Positions 58,100 through 64,000 of a stretch of DNA of 64,000 nt are shown here, one piece after another. The notes below the pieces were generated by a model. The model was not told the DNA's origin. It did no database searches and saw only the letters and a list, made by a program, of their open reading frames with translations. Position numbers and translations under genes: made by a program. Numbering within the stretch: the stretch's first letter is position 1; every line of letters begins with the position of its first letter. This stretch comes from an uncultured delta proteobacterium (GTDB taxonomy: Bacteria; Desulfobacterota; Binatia; UBA9968), in NCBI GenBank assembly GCA_963771465.1, contig CAVYTU010000006.1, forward strand, positions 64,001 to 128,000. Direction: 5' to 3'.

Positions 58100-59258
58100 A
58101 TGACCGAACAGCGCGAGCGAATGATGAGTGCCTTCAAGACTCGCTTTGTGCCGGCTCTCCGGGAGCGCGGGTTCGTCGGTTCCTTCCCTCATTTCCGCCG
58201 ACTACTGCCGGAACGCGTCGACTATCTGATGGTGCAATTCTACAGCGTAGGCGGCAGCTTCGTAGTCGAGATCGGACGGACCGGTCCTCAGGGCTTCACT
58301 GACGGGCCGTGGAAGGAGTTGCCAGTCGACAAGATCAATGTTGGCCACATCTACAATGACAGGCGACAGCTGACGCCGCGCGACGCGCATGGCGGCTGGC
58401 GTGGTGCGGACTGGTTCAAGTTCGGCCCGCGCAGCTACGATCGGCCGCAGCCGGTCAAGCCGCAGGAATTTTACGATGCCATCGCCGATCAGGCGCTGGC
58501 GATCTTCATCGCCACGGGCGAGCCATGGCTCGCGCGGCCGGAGCCGCTCGATTCCGGTGCGGCTCGTCCGAAGCCTGAGGGTCCGGCTCCTTGGCCGTTC
58601 GGCGATGGGCCGTTCGCCCGCTTCGCAACCATTTTTCCCTGGAATCGGCCGAGCATGCAGATCGCCTGCCTGCTCGCCGGTCCGGAGCCGCCGGCTCTAT
58701 CGTTGGGAAACCTGGCGCAAGATCGTTGCGCCGATGACTGAACTCGCCGACCTTCTGCCACGGCCGACGTCGATCCGCTCTTTCCAGCACCGGCCCGGCG
58801 AGTCGAAATGGCTGCCCTTCGGCCGCTTGTCCTGGAGCGAGGGCAGCAACCGCAAATGGACCAGCGACTATTTAGAAAAGCCTGAGCCAGTTGAGTTCGA
58901 GGCGACCGAGATTTGGTCGCCAAGCCGCAGCACCTGGGCCGAAGAAGGCAAGAACCCCGAGCTCTACGCCAAGATCGACAACAACGCCGTGTCGGAGACG
59001 CAAGGTTTCATCCTCGCGCTGCGCCGCGACGTGCTGAAGTCGTCTCCCGCCATCGCCGAGGCCGCTGGCCACGTGATTGACGCCGTCGCGGCCGCCTTGC
59101 CCGACGCGCGCCGCGCAGTCTTCGACCGAGGCTGGAACGAGAAGCGGGTGTTCGGCGTCATCGCCCAAAACCCGCTCGACTACACCGGCTCACAAGAAGT
59201 GATGGCGTGGGCCGAGGCGCATCCCTGGACGCACGTCGCCTCGTTCACCGCGAAGTAG
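58100..59258 (+). CDS. Hypothetical two-domain protein (DUF4304-like N-terminus), apparent +1 frameshift at ~58693
   Basis: PALRERGFVGSFPHFRR..QF..GGSFVVE N-terminal domain; removing one G joins PEPP to LYRWETWRKIV. Confidence 0.6.
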
Positions 59259-59627
59259 AGTTTACTCGCGTAGGGGCGCGCGCCAGCGCACTGGACACCT
59301 TTGCGCCAAAAATAAATTTTTGATTCGTGAGTAACGCCTGTCCGCAGTCTTCAGGCACGATTCGCATGATGCGAGCTGAAAAAAAATCATTCGCCGGCTG
59401 CTCTCCGGGAGCGCGGGTTTGTGACCACGACGCCTTTGGTATTCGACTAGCGACCGGTGCCAATGCGACTGCGCGCGTCGGTCGGCTTGTTGCCGTTGTC
59501 GGGATCCAGCTCAGCGCTCAAGTAGGCGCGCCAGGTCTTATTGTAAAATCAAAACAGAACTAGATCGATGGAGCGAAATTGTTAAGCTTGTAAAGGCTGG
59601 CTGCAATGCCGAGCGTTAGTCGGATTA

Positions 59628-60986
59628 GTGATGAAGAAAGACACAGCCGAGGTTCTGTCGATCGACGGACGCGAGGTCCGTGTAACCCACCCCGACAAGC
59701 CGTATTTTTCCAAGCAGACGAAGCTCTCGAAACTCGATCTCGTGCGCTACTATCTGTCGGTCGCGCCGGGCGCTCTCGCTGGAATCCGGGATCGTCCGAT
59801 GGTTCTCAAGCGCTTCGTCGACGGCGCCGAAGGCGAGGCGTTCTATCAGAAGCGCGCGCCCGCCAAGCGGCCGGCGTGGTTGCGAACCGTTACGCTGTCA
59901 TTCCCATCGGGCCGCAAAGCGGAGGAGGTCGTCGTCGATGACGCGGCGGGGCTCGCCTGGATCGTGAACCTGGGCTGCATCGAGCTCCATCCGCACCCCG
60001 TGCGCTCCGGCGATCTCGAGCACCCGGACGAGTTGCGCGTCGATCTCGATCCAGGTCCTGGCGTCGCATGGGAGGACGTGCGCCGTGTCGCTCTCGAGGT
60101 GAAATCGTTTCTCGAAGAGATGGGGCTTCGCGGCTGGCCGAAGACGAGCGGTTCGCGGGGAATGCACGTGAATGTGCGGATCGAACCGCGCTGGACGTTC
60201 GTCGAGGTGCGCCGCGCCGCGCTCGCGTTATCGCGCGCAGTCGAGCGGCGTGTGCCGGCGCTGGCCAGCTCGAAGTGGTGGAAGGAGGAGCGCCACGGCG
60301 TGTTCCTCGACTACAACCAGAACGCCAAGGACCGCACGACCTGCTCTGCCTATTCCGTGCGCCCGCTTCCCGACGCCCGCGTGTCCACGCCGCTTCACTG
60401 GCATGAGGTCCCCGACTGCGACCCGGCCGACTTCACCGTGCTCACGGTTCCCAAGCGCTTCGCGGAGCTCGGCGATCCGCACGCAGGCATGGACGCCGCG
60501 CCAGGTTCGCTCGAAAAGCTGCTCGAGCTCGCGGCGGAAGACGAGGCGGCAGGTCTCGGCGACGCGCCCTGGCCTCCGCACTTTCGTAAGATGGAGGGCG
60601 AAGCGCCGCGCGTCGCGCCTTCGCGCGCCCGCTCGGCGGCGAAGAAACCATCCGCGAAGAAGCCGCGCACCAAGGCGCCGCTTCTGGTGGTCGCGAACTC
60701 TCCGGACAAAGAAGCGGCGCTCGCCGGTCTGGAAAGGTGGAAGAGTAAACATCCCGAAGTGGCCGCGCTTCTCGCCGTGGACGACGTGCTGGTCGACTCC
60801 ATGCGCGGCAGGTCGTCCACCTGGACCCGCATCCGAGTGAACCTGCGAAATGTGCCCGAAGAGTTGCGCCCGCCGCAGGAAACTCCCGACCCGGATGACG
60901 ATCCAACGCGTGAATGGCGTAACCGAGCGCAAGCGTTCGAAGTTCAAGCATTCAGAGTTCATAGGCTGGAGAATTCAGCGACCTAA
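59628..60986 (+). CDS. Stand-alone LigD-type primase-polymerase (Prim-PolC-like)
   Basis: VTHPDK, FYQKRAP, DLDP, KTSGSRGMH, FLDYNQN, AYSVRP. Confidence 0.9.
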   Translation: MMKKDTAEVLSIDGREVRVTHPDKPYFSKQTKLSKLDLVRYYLSVAPGALAGIRDRPMVLKRFVDGAEGEAFYQKRAPAKRPAWLRTVTLSFPSGRKAEEVVVDDAAGLAWIVNLGCIELHPHPVRSGDLEHPDELRVDLDPGPGVAWEDVRRVALEVKSFLEEMGLRGWPKTSGSRGMHVNVRIEPRWTFVEVRRAALALSRAVERRVPALASSKWWKEERHGVFLDYNQNAKDRTTCSAYSVRPLPDARVSTPLHWHEVPDCDPADFTVLTVPKRFAELGDPHAGMDAAPGSLEKLLELAAEDEAAGLGDAPWPPHFRKMEGEAPRVAPSRARSAAKKPSAKKPRTKAPLLVVANSPDKEAALAGLERWKSKHPEVAALLAVDDVLVDSMRGRSSTWTRIRVNLRNVPEELRPPQETPDPDDDPTREWRNRAQAFEVQAFRVHRLENSAT

Positions 60987-62107
60987 ACGAACTTGAACCT
61001 TAACCTTCGCGCTACGAATTCGATCGCCGGCGAAAATCACCGCCAGCTCTTGCGGCGGAACGACTTCGAGCTGGGCATAGGTGCAGTCGCTCGGCTTCTT
61101 GTCGGTGCGCCACCTGCGAAACTGCGCCGTGTGACGGAAGCGGCTGCCCTGCATGTGGTCGTAAGCGACTTCGACGACCAGTTCGGGACGGAGCGGCTCC
61201 CAGGACAAGTCCTTGCCCTGGCTCCAGCGGCTCTGGCCGCCCGGCATGCGATGCTCGGCTTCACCGCTCGTCTGCTGCTTGCTCGGCCCAATGTTTCCAA
61301 GGGTGAGCGGCAAGCGCGTTCTTGCGGTACGGCGCGAGGAATTCTACCAGCTCGCGGCGCTTCTTTTCCGTGAAGCTCGCGCAGACGCCGACGTGCTGCA
61401 GCGCGCCGGAGTCGTCGAAAAGGCCGAGCAGGAGCGAGCCGACAGCCGTGCGCTCACCTTTCTTGTGCCAGCGAAAGCCGGCAACGACACAATCGCAATC
61501 GCGCTCGTGCTTGACCTTGAGCATCACGCGCTTATTCGGTTCGTAGGTTCCCGAAACCGGCTTGGCGATGACGCCGTCGAGACCGGCGCCCTCGAAGCGG
61601 CGAAACCAGTCCGCCGCGATGCTCGATTCGCTGGTTGCGGGCGTCAGATGGATCGGCGGCGCTGCGGATGAAAGCAGCGATTCCAGCATTCGTCGGCGAT
61701 CTTGGAACGCCATGCTCCGCAGATCCCGCGTCTCCCTCGCTGAGCAGATCGAAAAACACGATCGACGCCGGGATTTCTCGTGAAAGAAGCTTCACCCGCG
61801 ACGCAGCGGGATGAATGCGGAGCTGCAGGGCATCGAAGTCGAGCGCGTCATTCTTGGCGACGACGATTTCGCCGTCGAGCACGCAGCGCGCAGGCAACTG
61901 TGAGCGGAGCGGCTCGAGCAGTTCCGGAAAGTAGCGGTTGAGCGATTTCTCGTCGCGGCTCTGGATCAGGATCTCGTCCCCGTCGCGAAACACCAGGGCA
62001 CGAAACCCATCCCATTTCGGTTCGAAGATCCATGTTCCGCCTACCGGTAATTCGCCAACCCGCTTGGCGAGCATCGGCAAAACCGGCGGGTTCACAGGAA
62101 GATGCAT
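60975..62107 (-). CDS. ligC: ATP-dependent DNA ligase LigC-like, two apparent +1 frameshifts (~61728, ~61270)
   Basis: PMLAK, EPKWDGFR (KxDG), DGEIV, GLDGVIAK, KVKH, VGSLLLGL, SRWSQGKDLSWEPLRPELVVEVAYDH. Confidence 0.88.
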
Positions 62108-62220
62108 ACCTAAGTCTAGTACTGAACGAACTGTCTATCTATGGGTCAACGGGTTTCAGTCGTTGTCGATCTAGAACTCAACCGTTACCTTGGAGAAAGA
62201 ATAGGAGACTGCTTCATATA

Positions 62221-62300
62221 CCGTCACCCACGAATGTTTTTATCGGGGGTCCAGTCCCGGACTCGCCTGGATTCCCGCTTAAAGCATGCGGGAATGACGG
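62221..62300. repeat. CGTC-type REP-like element
   Basis: ccgtca...tccag...ctggattcccgc-ttaaagcat-gcgggaatgacgg. Confidence 0.65.
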
Positions 62301-62496
62301 AGTTCAGATAGGCGATTAACTTTATGCAGCGATGTATTCCGCGTGCGGCGACGCGCAAAACCGAAGCGTCGCAGAATTGCTGTGCCGAATTTCTGAGCTA
62401 ATCCTCGATCACGTGCCGATTGAAACCCATGTTGCGCCGCTGCTTCAATACCTGACTCACTTGATGGTCACGGCGATCGTTGGTAGAAGACCGGCA

Positions 62497-63795
62497 ATGA
62501 AAACACCAAAGCCATCTGCTTTTCTAAACGCCGCTTTGACTTTGTTCTTAACGGTGATGGTTTCCGCAGCCTTTGGCCAAGCGCGCGAACCGGTATTGTC
62601 ATTAGCCGCCAAGGAAAAACCTGGCTTACTCGAAACGTTGAGAGAAATCGTCTCGATCGAGTCCGGCAGCCGCGATTATGCTGGCTTGGGCAAGTTGGCG
62701 GAAGTGATCGGGGAAAAGCTTAAACATCCAGGCGGCCAGGTAGAGTTAGTTGAACCCATTAACATCTACAAGATGGAAGACACGCCCGAGAAAATCGGCA
62801 AGATGGTGCGTGCGACGTTCACCGGCACCGGTACGAAGAAGATCCTGCTCATTGCCCATATGGACACCGTCTACCCGGGCGGCATGTTGGCGCAGCAGCC
62901 GTTCCGCGTCGAAGGCAACCGTGCCTATGGCTTGGGAATCGCCGATGATAAGCAGGGCATCGCGGTTATAATTCACACATTGGCGTTGCTCAAGGCGATG
63001 AATTTCCGCGACTACGGCACGCTCACCGTGCTGATCAACGCCGATGAGGAAATCAGCTCGCCGGGTTCGCGTAGTTTAATCACCAAGCTCGGCGCCGAGC
63101 ACGACGCCACTTTTTCCCTCGAATCGTCGCGCGTCGAATCGGACAAACTGTCGCTCGCGACCAGCGGCATCGCTGCAGTGACGCTCACCGTCAAAGGCCG
63201 GGCGTCGCACTCGGGCTTCGCGCCGGAGCAAGGCATCAACGCTCTCTACGAGCTGGCGCACCAAATACTGCAAACGCGCGACCTATCCAATCCGGCGACG
63301 GGGCTGAAAATGAATTGGACCCTCGCCAATGCCGGCACCACGCGCAACATGATTCCGCCCGGCGCCCAAGCGGCGGCGGACGTGCGCGTGTTGGCCGTGG
63401 CGGATTACGATGAGATCGAAAGAAAAGTGCGCGAGCGCTTGAAGAACCAGCTTTTGCCCGACGCCAAGGTCGAAATGAATTTCGAACGGCGCCGGCCGCC
63501 GTTGGAAGCAACCGCCGCCTCGAGAGCACTGGCGCAACACGCGCAGAAAATTTATCGCGAGCTGGGCAAGGAGCTCGTCGTCGACGATCAGCCGGAAGGC
63601 GGCGGCACCGACGCGGCCTTTGCGGCGCTCCATAGCGAGGCGCCGGTGCTGGAACGTCTCGGCCTGCAAGGTTACGGCGCCCATTCCGCCGACGCGGAAT
63701 ATATACTTATCGACTCCATCGAGCCAAGGCTCTACTTGCTCGCGCGCATGATCATGGACGTGTCACAGGGCAAAACCGCTGATCGAGCAAAATAA
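62497..63795 (+). CDS. M20 peptidase, glutamate carboxypeptidase (CPG2-like), secreted
   Basis: Signal peptide; IAHMDTV, GIADDK, ADEE, GGGTD, GAHS. Confidence 0.92.
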   Translation: MKTPKPSAFLNAALTLFLTVMVSAAFGQAREPVLSLAAKEKPGLLETLREIVSIESGSRDYAGLGKLAEVIGEKLKHPGGQVELVEPINIYKMEDTPEKIGKMVRATFTGTGTKKILLIAHMDTVYPGGMLAQQPFRVEGNRAYGLGIADDKQGIAVIIHTLALLKAMNFRDYGTLTVLINADEEISSPGSRSLITKLGAEHDATFSLESSRVESDKLSLATSGIAAVTLTVKGRASHSGFAPEQGINALYELAHQILQTRDLSNPATGLKMNWTLANAGTTRNMIPPGAQAAADVRVLAVADYDEIERKVRERLKNQLLPDAKVEMNFERRRPPLEATAASRALAQHAQKIYRELGKELVVDDQPEGGGTDAAFAALHSEAPVLERLGLQGYGAHSADAEYILIDSIEPRLYLLARMIMDVSQGKTADRAK

Positions 63796-64000
63796 ACGCA
63801 AGCATTCCGCGAAAGAGAAATCAGGGATGAGAAAAGGGGACGCGAGCCTTTTCTTGACGGAATTAATTGCTTTGATTCGGCGTGTCGCGATTCCTTGGTG
63901 AGCGCGCCTAGCGCCGGGTGAATCGTTTTATCACACACTCAATCGGGCGAACGGACGAAGCGAACTATCTTCCAAGCCGGAAGATTATGCCGCGTTTGAA

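Noticed and set aside
1-64000. tRNA, rRNA, riboswitch, IS element or prophage
   Set aside because: No recognisable signatures by eye. A covariance-model scan would be needed to exclude small RNAs in the long spacers (15.3-15.7, 40.3-40.8, 57.1-57.6 kb).

Overview
A GC-rich bacterial window with no rRNA, tRNA, CRISPR array, transposase or integrase. It is dominated by small-molecule scavenging genes: 15 solute-binding proteins (9 AfuA/FbpA-like, 4 NitT/TauT-like, 2 TTT/Bug), served by a single permease and no ATPase. Catabolic enzymes include amidohydrolases, a Rieske oxygenase, two MmgE/PrpD proteins, two enolase-superfamily proteins, three Asp/Glu-racemase-fold proteins, a citryl-CoA-lyase-like protein and a divergent LeuB. 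It also holds a SWIM-SNF2 helicase, a class A PBP, RlpA, a PLD, a LigC/Prim-Pol pair and an M20 peptidase. Gene content and intergenic repeats resemble Ca. Binatia (inference). The main unexplained signals are: (1) integron-cassette signatures without an integrase at about 28.6-29.0 kb and 37.7-40.3 kb; (2) single genes bracketed by imperfect direct repeats of neighbouring host sequence, one fused in frame; (3) several enzymes with remodelled catalytic motifs; (4) sigma54-type sites ahead of envelope genes and two CxxC microproteins; (5) six frameshifts that are all +1, probably sequencing errors. All alignments were made by eye and no database searches were run.
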